Positions 27,072 through 40,200 of a stretch of 57,905 nt of DNA are shown here, in pieces. The translations under genes and the position numbers were made by a program. How positions within the stretch are numbered: the first letter of the stretch is position 1; each line of letters opens with the position of its first letter. The stretch comes from Cercozoa sp. M6MM. Lineage: Eukaryota; Protista; Endomyxa: Ascetosporea. The stretch lies in assembly GCA_040357565.1 (NCBI GenBank), contig JBDODJ010000071.1. One strand, written 5' to 3'. The notes beneath the pieces are model-generated. The model was given only the letters and a program-made list of their open reading frames with translations. It made no database searches and was not told the origin of the DNA.

Positions 27072-27217
27072 GTATATAAAGGTATGAGTATACATTTACA
27101 TGGACATGTCGCAGGTGTGCTCAAGTGCTGCCTGCGAGGCAAGCGTCGCCTGGCCCTCAAGGTCACGGTGCACAAGGCCATCCTGCGCGCCCTCATTCGC
27201 GATGTACTCTCTCTCAC

Positions 27218-27275
<58 letters not shown>

Positions 27276-30200
27276 TCGGTCCTATCACCCAGTCATATGG
27301 ATGCAAGTGCAGCCCACGGAGGAACACCTGCGCATGGTGCGCAACGAGTGGCGCAAGGAGCAGGTACTGCTGCTGTCGGGGGAGCGGTGTAGGGGAACAA
27401 CTAAACCTGTGTCTGCGTGTGCGCGTGCAGATGCACCGCGACGCGCGCATCGTGGTGCTCCGCGCGGCCATTGACCTGCTCCGCACGGCTGCGGACGAAC
27501 AGGCGGCCAACGACGACTACCGCGTCACCACGGCGTGGTACATTCTCGAGCAGGCCACGCGACTCGACCACATTGCTGCGCAGGTACGCCCTCTTTACCC
27601 CTTTCCACCCCCTTTACCCCCCCCCCCCTGCAGACCGAGGTGATGACGGCGCTGGCAGCCGTGTCGCCTGCCGAGAATGCTGTATTTGCCTCCTATCTAT
27701 TATACTGTTTTTTGTATACACAGATCATATTCGGTATCTTGGTATGTATGTATTTGTAGGTGGGATCACTGTCGGAGAATGTGATGCGTCGTGTGCTGCG
27801 ACACGAGCTCGAGTGCAGCCGTGTGGTAGCTGCCTACTTACTTCCTCTCCCTCGCGCACACTACCTGTACTGATGGCGAGGCACAGGACACGAGCGCGGC
27901 GCTGCGAGAGGTGCTGCGGCGGTACAGCACTCTGCCGAGGCAGCTGGAGAATGGCAACGTGCCTGTGTAGCTTTTGGCTTTACCCTACCTCCTTCCCCCC
28001 TACCCTCCTGGTGGCAGGGACACCATCGCGAGTGTGACGACGACGCCGCGTATCGCCGAGCATGTGGCCGAGTTCAGTACCCTGCCACACCACCCCTACC
28101 TTTACCCTTCCTTACCCCCCCCTACCCCCAGCGTCGCTGTGTGTGCCGCCGCGCTTCGTTACCAAGTATTGCGAGCGTGTGGTGCGTTGTTCTACCCTCT
28201 CCCCCGGCCTTCCTCTTTACTCCTTAACCCCTCCCCCCCCCCGCGCGCGGTAGGTGGCGCCGTTGCTGCGTCGTGTGCAATCGGAGGCAGTGCGTGTCGC
28301 CAAGGAGACTGCCTCGGAGGAGTCCAAGGTAGGCTTACTCCCTACCCCTGCCCCCCTACCTCTTTACCCCTATCCCACCCCCTACCCTTATCCCCCTGCC
28401 CCTTATCCCCCTACCCCATCTCGGCAGGAGCAGACGGAGCTGCCGACGCTGCTGCACGACGACGTGGCCTACATCACGGCCGTGTTCTTGCCGGTCAGTG
28501 TGACTACCTCGGGACCCACCTGTGTCCGCGCTGATGTGGGTGTATTGTGTGTTGTTGTGTGACTGCAGAAGTGGTACGCTCTGTGCACGGAGGAGACGCG
28601 CGACGAGTTCGTGCGACTGCTGACGCTGCTGGCCGGTGCCTCTGCTTGTCTGTAGGGGGGGGGGGGTAAAGAGGGGGTATTGTATGATGCCGCTGCACAG
28701 GCGACCTGCGTCGCACGACACTGTGTCCGGGCAGTGTGCCCAACGACGAGGGCGACATCGTGGTCGACCAGGAGGCGAGGTACCTCCTACTCTACCCATA
28801 CCTGTTATCCCCTCTTATCCCCTCTTATCCCCTCTTCCCCTCTTCCCCTCTTACCCCCTCTTCCCCTCTTATCCCCCTTCCCGTTGTGACAGGGAGAAGT
28901 CGCAACAGCGTTTCGGACTGACGTGGCAGCTGTTGCTGCGTTTCTGCGGCGTCGCTTTGGACAAGTACGGTCCGTCCGTCACGGTACACACACACCCATC
29001 CATGTGTCCCGTACACCTGTTCCGTCCATCTGTGTGTCCAATGTGTTCCCCTGCCCCAGGTGGAGGGCACGTCGGTGCCGACTTTCTTTGCCGGCAGCGA
29101 CCGCCTGCGCGTGGCCGGCAACGACGAGCGCCGCGAAAACGTGCTCGTCGTCATGCAGCGTCTGGTGGGCTGCTTCTGTTCCTTGCTCCCCTCCCGTACC
29201 CCTTACGCCCCCCCCCCCCCCGCGCAGGTGGATGCGCTGACGGAGAGTGTGCTGCCGGCCGATGCTGTCGCAGTTCTGACCCAGGGCGAGACGACGGCAG
29301 TCGAATCGCGCTTCGGACAGACACTGTACTCCCTCGCCTTGTTTGTCCATATACTGTCTGATGTATGTGTATGTGTGAGTGTGTGTGAGTGTGGCAGGTG
29401 TCCAGTGCGTGATGCCGCCATCTACCGCGAGTTGCTGTGGCGACTCAAGGTATTTATATGTATATATATATATATATATAATATGTGTGTGTATATGTAT
29501 ATATATATATGTGAGTGTGTATATATATATATATATGTATATGTGTGTGTGTGAATATACACAGCTGGTGGAGAAGCTGCTGCCGGAGGTGTTCTACACG
29601 ACGACAACGCTTCCCAAGCTGTCGGTACCACTTGTGCATGTACATATGTACGTGTGTGTGTGTGTGTATGTGGGCATGTGTACCGCAGGTGTTGGCCGAA
29701 CATGCGGGCGAGTGGCGACGTCAGTTGCTGCTGTCGCCAGTGCAGTTTGAGCGCATCCTTGCGCAGGTGTCCCCTCCCCTTTCCTTCCCACACCCCCTTT
29801 ATCCACTCCCTGTGTTCAGCTTGAACGGCTGGACGGAGTGTTTGCGCTGCCGGTGTTGTCGCGTCGCGTCAAGATGATTGCGTGCCGGTAGGGAGCTACC
29901 CCCTCCCCCTACCCCCTCCCGATGTTGTGTGTTGAGTGCAGCTGCCGCACGAGCGACGAGTTCGCGGAGCACGCCGTGCCGCTGCTGGAGCGGTGAGTCT
30001 CGTGTTTACCCCCCCCCCCGCGCACCCTTTATCCCCTTCGATTGTACAGTATGGTGGCCGAGGCGCTGGTGCACATGGACGTTGCTGCTGCCCTCGACAG
30101 TGAGGTAGTTCCCTCCCCGATCTATCTCTATGTATATGGGTATATATTTATATTATATATATATATGAGTATGTGTATAGGTCAAGTCGCTGCTGAGTCG

Positions 30201-30897
30201 CGGCTGGTGGACCTGTCGCACCGACGGTGCCACAACGACGGCGAAGCTGTACGACATGACGCACGTCGTGGAGGCTGTACCCACACCTGCCTGACCCCTA
30301 CACCTTACCCTTACCCCCCCCCCCCCCCCCCCCCGCGCAGACACTGGCGCAAGTGCTGGCGTCGTCGAGTGCGGAGGAACTCGTCATGTGGACCATTGTG
30401 CTGAGCGAGGTGCTCGACCTGCGTGTAGCGAGTCTTAGCCCCCTCCTACTCGCTACCCCTACCCCTACCCCTACCCCTACGGTGAGACAGAACTCGCGTG
30501 CGATTGTCAAGTCGGTGCTCAAGTCGGAGAGAATGGTGCAGCTGGTGCAGCACCTCGTGCAGGCTCTCTCGCAGGCGCAGCTGCAGGTGCTTCTGTCTAT
30601 GATACATATATATATATATGCCTATATATTGTGTGTGTGTGTTTATGGAACAGGGCAAGGACGGCATCGTGGCGGCTCTGGCGCCGCGGGTCAAGTCGCT
30701 GGTGCATCACCTTGTCGGCAGAGAGCACATCTACTCCATCCGCGTACTGCAGACCCTATGTGGATATATATACATGTATGTATAGATATGTGTCTGTCTA
30801 TCTATTATTATTGTATCTTTGTGTGTGTACAGTTCGGAACGGTCAAGACCAACGAGGACGTGCGTGTCGCGGTGCATGCACATACCTGTGTGCGTGC

Positions 30898-30931
<34 letters not shown>

Positions 30932-33083
30932 ACGTGTGTGTGTGTGTGAGTGAGGGGTAAAGAGGTCTAACTGTGGCTTGGGACAGGTGATGGAGCTGCT
31001 GGTGCGTCTGAGTCAGCAGCGCAGTCCGCCGGCCTGCACGCTTATCTGGTGACCTCTCGCTTATCTTCAGGGTGTGTATGGAGAGGCAAAGTGACACTGG
31101 TGCAGGGGTGTGCTGAGCGAGGTGCCTCTCATGCGCGAGTCGAACAAGATGATGCGCGTGCTGCCGGTTGAGATTCTGGTACCACACTGAGCGACCATAC
31201 TGACTGACTGACTGACTGACTGGCTGACTGACTGAGTGACCACGTGATAGGTGACTCTCCCGATGCCAAGTGTCGTTGGTGACAAGTACGACACGCTGGC
31301 CAATGTGCTCAAGGTACCTTCTGACCTTTATCCTCCCCCTACCTGTCCCCTTTACCCCCTCCCACCCACCCATGTAGGCCTGGTGGGCCCAGCGTGTCAG
31401 CACCTACCGCATCGTTGACTACATCGTGTGCAAGCCCATGACGACCCTTCTGAGTACACACTGCTCTATGTGTGTATTTTGTATATGTACACCCATGAAT
31501 GTGTAGCATCAATCGCGCTGCCGTCGGTCGGTTCGGCGAGTGTGAAACGTCGCATCGCGCGTCTGCGCATGCGTCTGGTGCTGGCGTAGGCCTGTCTTTA
31601 CCCTCTTGCTACCCCTGTACCTTGACCCCCCTCCCCACCCGGCAGTGGCACGACGGAGATGTTCTCGTACGCACTGAGTACCAAGCAGCACCTGCGCATG
31701 CTGCAGCAGGTGTCGGCGGACGCCGAGCAGACCCTCGGCCCGGTCAGTGGCACGGTGTGTCTACCCCTTTACCCCCCTGCTTACCCCCTTTACCCCTGTT
31801 TACCCCCCCCCCCCCCATACGAGAAGACGCGCGGTCTGGCTGCCATCGAGCTGCTCAAGGTGCCTTCATATCCCATATATATATATATATATATACATAA
31901 TATGTGGATACTAATATAGGTATATACCTTTGTGTATGTGTATGTGTATGTGCGCGAGCAGGGCCTGCGCGAGTCGACGCAGGTGTCGTCCTTCGTGTGG
32001 CTCTGCAGCGACCAGTCGGAGCAGTGCTTCCCGGATCGGTACCCCCTCCCCCCTTATTCCCTTACCCCCCATATGCTGGTTTGATATTGACCGCAGTGAC
32101 TTGCTGCTGTCGAACGTGTTCGTGCACCTCATGCCGTCCAAGTGCACGGTGCCACCTGTGTCCCTACCCACCTCCCCGCTTACCTATCTACCTACCTATA
32201 CCTATGTGGTGAGACAGTCGCTGTACCGACTGCTGACGATCGATGCCGAAATCAACGGTTGGCAGGAGGCTTTCCTGGCCGTCTTTGTGGCGTATACACA
32301 CCTATATATATGTGTAGATACATCTATATATATATATATTTATATGTACATGTCTTGACAGGCACCTGCGGCAGCAACGACATCTGGTGGAGGCACCGGC
32401 GCTGCACGAGGCGCGCGACCTCACGGCCTTCACGGTATGGCCTGTCTTACCCCCCTAACCCGCTGTATGGATGTGTGTGTATGTGTTCATGTGCGCAGAC
32501 GGCCCAGAGCTGGTTGCGTGGAGTGCTGTCGGTGCGTGTGCGGGTACGCAGCTGGCCCTCCCCTCACCCCTTGTTGCTTTGCCCCCCCCCCCCCCCGTAC
32601 CACCATAGAACCTGTCGTCGGATGCAACGGTTGACGACATCCTGGGCAATGGTATCCCTGCAGTATATATACCCCTCCCTTCCTCCTACTGGAGTACACC
32701 TCGAGCAGAAGCCGTGTCGGGTGGTGGTGCGCTCTTTGGAGGATTCTTCGGAGGCGAGCCGGTACCTCCTGTTTGTCTATGTGTCTGTATCTGTTTGTAT
32801 ACGGCTATACATGCGTACATACACTAACACACAAACATGCAGACGTCGTCGGTGTCGCTGGAGCGACGCGTGCTGCTGGACTACCTGCATGTGGTGGCAC
32901 AGGCCTGCACGCACAGCAGTCTGCCGACGCAGATGCGCGACACGCTTGCGTAGCTTTACTCCTATCTTACTCCAGCTTTACTCCCCCCCTTAACTTTTTG
33001 GGATTGCACAGTACGGCCTACCTGACGCTGCGTCCGGCGCAGCTGGTGTCGCTGGGCGAGCACTTCAGCATTGTACCACCAAC

Positions 33084-33116
<33 letters not shown>

Positions 33117-33246
33117 CTCTCTCTTTCTCTCTCTCTCTCTCTCCTCTCTCGTACCCCTTGGGCATCTTGTATGTGTGTGTTTGTGCAGGAGGCACTGGAC
33201 GAGGAGTGGCAGCAACGCGTGCTGCGCGAGCTCTTCGCCAATGCTG

Positions 33247-33299
<53 letters not shown>

Positions 33300-33318
33300 G
33301 TGGTCTGTGGGAGGTGTC

Positions 33319-33350
<32 letters not shown>

Positions 33351-33800
33351 ATGGTGTGTCTGGGGATATTGTGTATGGGTGTGCCTGAGGACAGGCGTGT
33401 ACTATTCGTCGGTGAGGGAGCTGGTGCGCTTCGTGGACACGCTGCGCGAGAAGGCTGGCGTCCGCGCGGACCTACTGCTGCTGGTGCAGGGCCTGCTGGA
33501 GGGTACCCCTTGTGTCTGTGTGTGTATCGGTGTCTGTGTGTCTGTGTCTGTGTGTCTGTGTCTGTGTGTATTCATATGGGTATGGCTACACAGAGGAGAC
33601 GCTGTCGGCACTGCACCTGACCCTGCTGCAGGAGCTGCCGCTGCACTGCACGCTGGTAGCAACACCCTTCTATAGCAACACCCCCTGTAGACACGTGGGT
33701 TTGTACGCATGTGGGTGTGACAGAACGAAACGGAGGAACACCAGGCCCTTGCCACGCGTGTCATTGATCGGCTGCTCAATGTAAGCTAAGTGTCACACGG

Positions 33801-33855
<55 letters not shown>

Positions 33856-33986
33856 CTGTCTGTATGTTTGTGTGTGTGCATGCGTGTCACAGGAAGCTGA
33901 GCACACCAAGACGCAGCGCTCGCCGAGTGTCACGGCCTCGACGATCGTGTTCTTTATCACCTCGGCCGAGTCGCAGCGGTTCCCTT

Positions 33987-34083
<97 letters not shown>

Positions 34084-35241
34084 GTCTCTGTCTCTGTCTC
34101 TGTCTGTCTGCCTGTCTGTCTGTCTGTCTGTCTGTCTGACTGTCTGACTGTCTGTCTGTCTATATACGGATATATATTAATATTCTTATCTATATATAAA
34201 TATCTTTTCATGTGTGTTGTGTGATAAAACAGTCGCAAGCAGTTGGGCCGCGTGTCGGCGGGCGTGTCGGCGCAGACGGACGCTCTGACGGGCGCGCTGG
34301 TGCGACGCGTGCTGCAGCGCGCCAACGCCGCCGCTGTCGTTCTGTGCGAGGTGTGTTTATATAGATATATTTATTTATACTGATATTTATATAGATATAC
34401 ATATATATTTATATATGGTATAATATATAATTATATATGTTTGTGTAGAAGTGGAAGGGCGAGGTGTCGGACGAGCCGGAGGACGTGGCTCTCTCCGTGC
34501 TGCGCCGTGCGCTTGCCTTTCTGCCCCTCTGTGTGTGTGTGCGTGTGTGTGTGTGTGTGTGTGTCATCAGGGGCACTGTATGTGTATGGGTGTGTGTGCT
34601 TGTGTGTCTGCAGGCATCAACGTCAACACACTGGGTGGTGCGCTGTCGGACGAGCAGTGCCTGCAGGTGCGTCCATCCACCTCTTTCCCTTGCGTTGTAT
34701 GTATGTGTGTATGCACGGTGGTTCTGATAGGTCGCGTGCATGTACCTGTCGCTGGCGCGCGAGGCCTCAGACGCATCGCTGCCGTCGGCCAAGGTATGTC
34801 CTTGTAAATTCATAACTTTATATGATATATGTGCATGTGTGTGTGTGTGCTGTAACAGCTCTACGTGGGCAACGCGCTGGCGGTGTGTCAGTCGCTGCGA
34901 CCGCTGCTGCAACGCCGCCTGGACGACGAGCTGCGTCGTGTCGTTGCCTGCCTGCGTATTGCCCCTCCCTGCCTAGCTGTACGAGTGTACGTGTGTGTTT
35001 GCAGTGGAGACAGAGCAGGGCTCGCACGACACTGTTTTCTTTGACGACTGCGATGATGTTGCCGACCGACGCATGTACGCTGTGTCTCCAGGGGTGGTAT
35101 ATGTTGTATCTATTATGTCGATGTATGTATCTGACAGCGATGGCAACGACGACAATGCGGCGCTGGAGATGCGCTTCGCTCGCAGTGTACTCTTACCTTT
35201 CTGCACCCTCTGTCTAGTATATATATATATATATGTATGTC

Positions 35242-35284
<43 letters not shown>

Positions 35285-37003
35285 GTGCTGTCGTTGATGC
35301 TGCGCGTGCCGACTCTGCAAAACATGCTGCAGAAGATCCTGCTGGCTGGTACCCCGTGCACACCTCTTATTGGATTGCAGATAGATTTGGTAGCTGTGTG
35401 TGTGTGTGTGTGTGTGTGTTGTTGTATTGTGTCGCTGTGTGTGTGTGTGTGTTAGGCGACAATGCCAAGGCACTCGTGCTGGCCGATAATGTCTTTGCAT
35501 TGCTCTCTGTACTGCCTTCCCTCTGTGTGTGTGCATGTGCTTGATATATATATATATAAATGTATGCGCACTGTGTGGACAGGCCGTGCGCGAGGGTGCC
35601 CTGGATGAGAGTGACAAGGCGCGCGTGCTGTCGCTCGTGACGTCGCTCGCACGTGTCGACCCGGCCCTTGTCTTCCGCAAGTCGAAGCGTGCCGTGCAGT
35701 CGGTCCTGGCGACCTACATGTACCCCTGCGCCCGTCCCGTTCTCCACATCTATCTACCTACCCGTGGTATGGGTGGTACAGGCCGATGCCGGAAGGAGTG
35801 CTGGCACTCGTGTCGCGTCTCATCCAGGACGGCAGCGTCTTCATGCTGGAGGTATGCCTGTGCACTGTGTGACATGTGCTTGTGTGTGTACGTGTACGTG
35901 TACGTGTACGTGTACGTGTGCGTGTGTGTGTGACTGTGCAGTGCGCCCAGTCCCTGCTGGAGTCGTTGCCGGAGGCGGTGACGCTGCAGCTTCTGGAGAC
36001 CCCGCTGTGGAAGAGCTTCCTGCAGCTGCGCGCGCTGCAGGTATCGCGCTGCACCGCCGGTACCTGTCGCTGTCCCCCCGCTCTTGGCCACGTGGACTGC
36101 ACCATGCATGTGTGTCTGTGTGTTGTGTTAGGTGTGTCTACCCAGCGCGCCCAGGCAACGCGTGCACTCGTGTCGCTGTGTGCTCGCGCGGTGCTGCGTC
36201 TGCGTGCGCGTGCGCAGCGCCTGGTGCAGTGGACGGCGCCGTGGGACGAGGCCTTTAAGGTGCCGTCGAACCAGGACCTGTCGGGACGCAGCGACAAGGC
36301 CAAGAACTTCCTGCCCGACGAGGGTGCCTCTATCCGATATCTATCTGTCTATTTATCTGTCTATCTATACATCTTTCTATCTGTCTATGTACTAATCCCA
36401 TTCAATTGTTGTTGCGCAGAGTTTGGCGAACCGGCCTTGCAGATGATTTCCGCCATGTCGCGCACTCTGCTAGGTAGCCTTCTTGTCTGGCAAGATACAG
36501 ATGTACTTGTGTCTGTGCATACATGCATGTGCACTCAGAGAGCAAGTGCATCGTTGGCGAGCAGGCCGCGCTCGACCTGCTTCGCGAGTTCTGGTGTGTT
36601 TCTGCCCCCCCCCGGCCTGTGTGCATGTATGTGCGTGTGTGCTCATTCGCAGCGAGGAGACGGCGGCGCCGGTGGCCGAGGATGCCACCGACCTGCGTCC
36701 GCGCTGGAACGCCGTGCTGCGCGAGGCCTTGGCGCGCGTGGCCACGCAGGCGACCACCTCGGTGCGCCATGAGGCCGTCTCGGTACACTCCCTGCTGCAG
36801 ACTGTCTGACTGATTGACTGACTGACGGATGAATGTGTGGATGTGTACAGGTGAGTGCCGTGCTTCCTGCGGGCACCAAGCGCAAGAGCCGTGACGCGAG
36901 CGCTGCTTCCAGCGAGCACACGGTGAAGACCGCACCGGTGGTCGAACCCGAGACCGAGTCCGAGTCCGAGTCAGATGATGGCGCTTTCTCGCTCTTTGAC
37001 TAA
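11290..37003 (+). CDS. Giant uncharacterised alpha-helical (HEAT/ARM-like) protein, roughly 4000 aa in ~160-170 exons, ending in a ribosomal P-stalk-like motif
   Basis: A continuous series of CpG-rich, Leu/Ala/Val/Arg-rich short exons; every junction I spot-checked joins in frame by GT-AG. I noticed no internal stop/start or intergenic-like stretch. The final exon 36851-37003 reads VSAVLPAGTKRKSRDASAASSEHTVKTAPVVEPETESESESDDGAFSLFD*. The start ATG is uncertain and a 100-N gap lies at 26827-26926. Confidence 0.7.
13364..13600. repeat. Intronic (CT)n/(ATCTCT)n microsatellite
   Basis: Directly visible. Confidence 0.95.
26827..26926. other. Assembly gap (100 N) inside the giant gene
   Basis: N run; it may hide exons. 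Confidence 1.
33988..34160. repeat. Intronic compound microsatellite (CT)n(GTCTCT)n(GTCT)n
   Basis: Directly visible. Confidence 0.95.
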
Positions 37004-37204
37004 GGTGACATACACGTCAGATGCGAAGAGTTAGTGAGTTGAGTTTGTGTGAAACCAACTAAGTAGTTCCCCTGCACCAGTCCGGGGTGGGTCGAGTGCC
37101 ACTAGTGACACAAACACTTCTTAGCTCGGGTGGTTATTTTGAGATTTGCGTCTGTCAGACGCCGGCAGATGTACATCGTGCGGTGTGTGAATCTAAACTT
37201 GAAG

Positions 37205-40200
37205 TCAACTAGCGGGTTCGGAGTCTTCGCCACCATCGCCATCCCAACTGTACTCAGCTTCCTGCAGCATGCGCGCCTGAGCACCAAAAGCACAGATACT
37301 AACGACACCAAGGTATACACAATTGTGCGTGTAGACGCGGTGAGACCAGAGCGACGTCGGCGTCTTCTGCGCTTTGGGGTGAGGTGTGCCGTTCGGATGA
37401 CTTTGCCACCTGCACACGTTGAGACTGATATCACAAGCACACAGAGCCTCTGTGTCAAGGCGTCTGTACAGGCTTCACGTCCTCAAAGGTCCAGTGCACG
37501 ACATTGTCCAAGAAGCCACTCAACGCGCGTGTCAACGAGAGAACTTTGCGTCGGAACGACGTCAGATCATCGCGAATCACCTCGATTGCCGTCTTTTCGA
37601 CCTGAGGAGTGTCAATGGGGAGTAGGAAGGGCTAGGAGACAGGACAGAAATAGCAAACTACAAGCTGGTTCAGTCGCTCAGTTTGCTCTTCAAGCTGCGA
37701 TTGCGCCATTTCAAACACCTGATTTATAACAACAACAACAACGTGAAGGCAGTACTCTGTTTGTTAATCAGTGGGGTGAATCATCGAAAGAAGCAAAAAC
37801 ACACCTCTCGCTGCACGTCGCGTTTCTCAAAGAAAGCGCGCACGTAAGTCCACCGGAGCACCCTGTTTTCACACTCCAGTATCGAGAATAACAGGGCCAC
37901 AGAGCAAGCGTACATTCGAGCCTCAATAACAATTCGAACCGCCTCCATCACTGCCCATTAATCTCAATACAAATAGAACAACAGTCGCCCACAACAGGGT
38001 CACAAAGCGGTACGGAAAGCAGCGTAGCGAAAAGGCTCGCCAGCAGCCGTGAGCTCACGAATACGCTCGGCGGTTTCTTTCAACTGCACCAAAGGTAAAT
38101 TAAAGGTACAGCGATACAAGGAAGGGGCACAGGAGCGAGAGGAACCTGGTCTTCGGAGAACTTGAGTGACTGCGCATGATTGTAGCTGCGCTCGTAGTAG
38201 AACAGGTAGCGCGCCTCGTTGTCCTCCGTGTCCATCTCTCCGTATACAGGGCGATTACACTCCCACACTGTGGATACACAATGAGAGTAGAGGGTCTAAA
38301 TAAACCGAGGAGAGGCGTGTACCGTGGTGGTCGCCCTTGCCGCACTGCCAGCACCAACTCTTGCTGCAGTTCGTGCACGACATGTACCTAGCGAAAGGAG
38401 ATAAGGCATCAAGAGAAAGAGACCGTGGAAAGCCCGAAATAAACAAGGTACATGCAGCCGCCGTTCTTGTGCGTACGCGTGCCACAGTGAGGACACGGCT
38501 TGGTGTCCTTTAGGATAAAGTTGCGGTCGATGTTTTCCATTCCCTGCAGGTGAACAGGTGAATCAAGGAAGGGTATCAATTTGGCACCAAGAAATGCAAG
38601 TGGGGTGGGACACCTTGTCTCGCGCACGCCATGCTTCGTACTCCTGGCACGAGGCGGGCCAGTGCGCAGTCTCTCCGCATCGGAAACAGAAGCGCTGCTC
38701 GCACCTGCGAAGGGGAGGGGCTAGGGGTAAAAACCAGCGCATGATCAGCAACCATCAACTTACTTTGAGCAGTGCACCGTGCGTCTTCTCCTGTGCGCAT
38801 GCACAAGAGTGAAAAGGAACAGCACGGACTGAGGCAAAGAGAGGTACTTTGAGAAGGCGACAAAGTAGGTGCCACTACACTCGGGCGATGGACACCACTT
38901 GGCGCCGTCTGTACAATCACAGATGAAAACAAATGCAAGAAAAAGGGGGCGGGGGCGGGAGTAAGAATACCATTGTCGTTGACGAACGACTCCCGGAGTC
39001 GGCGATCGAACTCCTTCGCGTCCTCTGGCAGCAAGAGTTTCCTGAAAACTGAAGGCGGCACTCGCGTTGTGCAACCTTTGCCCGTCTGAGCGTCTGCATT
39101 CCAGGTACAGTGAACAGTGCAGAATCCGACCAATAGAGAGCACAAACGCAAGCTACCGTAGCCGGGACACTTGGTCTTGACGACGCTCTCGCCGGCGCAA
39201 GTTCCCGCACGGAGAGCGCTCTGCAGGTGCTCGCGGTAGCTACGGCAGCAAAAAGAGAAGGGTAAGGCGTCCAGAGAGGGACAAGATCAATCATACCACG
39301 AGATGCATTGCCTGTGGCCGCACTGCAGTGCGAACGATTGTTCGAAAGGCACGTCGTCGAAGCAAATCTGACAAGACACGGTTTGCTCAGCACCAGGCGC
39401 TTCACATTTCTCTTCCTCGCTCTGCAAGCCGCCTCTGTGCGTGGGCGCATGAACAATATGAAAAGAGAGCGAGCGAGAGAGACAGAGGAGTGCTTTTAAA
39501 AACTGATACGATTGCTCAGCGATCTCGCGAATCGCAGATTTGCTTGAATTCCTGAGTTTCTCGATCAGTGCTACGGTGTCCCAGCGTTCTTTCTGTACAT
39601 ACACATGCAGTTATCATATTACTGTTCCTTTAAGGACACGTAAAAATTAGGCTCACCAGCAGCATGAAGAAAGCCACACCGGGCGAACAATCAGCGATGC
39701 TCGCAATCTGTGATCGAGTTGCATAATTTTCAAGTTGACAGAGCCCTGTCACACCCGATACAAGGTACTACAACGCACCTTGTGGACACTCTCTTGTTGC
39801 AGTTTAGAAGCCTGGAACACAGAGAATATTTGTTTGGCACAGACGACGAACCGGATCTCTGCGTAGCTTTACCTGATCCAATGACAGCGTGCTGAAAGAC
39901 TGCGCACGTGTTCGCAGCTTTTGCACCTCTTCTACAGACACATACACAGATACACCTGTACACACATATCCATACATGTAGGTGAACATCGACTGTACCC
40001 ATAAAGCCCTGCTCGCCACCGTCGCTGTCGGCGCCATCGTTGTTGTCCTCCCAGGCATCGTGGCCCTTGAGCGTGCTGACTGTCGATGCCACCGTACGCA
40101 GAATCTGCCCACCCGAGAGGAGGATACACGCACGAAGGACGGGAGACACACTGTGTAAATCCACCTGCAGTAACATCGCATCGCGATCGAGTTTGGTGTC

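Noticed and set aside
36851-37003. Stand-alone ribosomal protein P1/P2 gene
   Set aside because: No P1/P2 N-terminal dimerisation domain or start codon precedes the tail; the exon joins in phase 0 to the giant gene.
11290-37003. Introner-type transposon origin of the introns
   Set aside because: The introns share only low-complexity motifs; no conserved termini, TIRs or family-level identity are visible.
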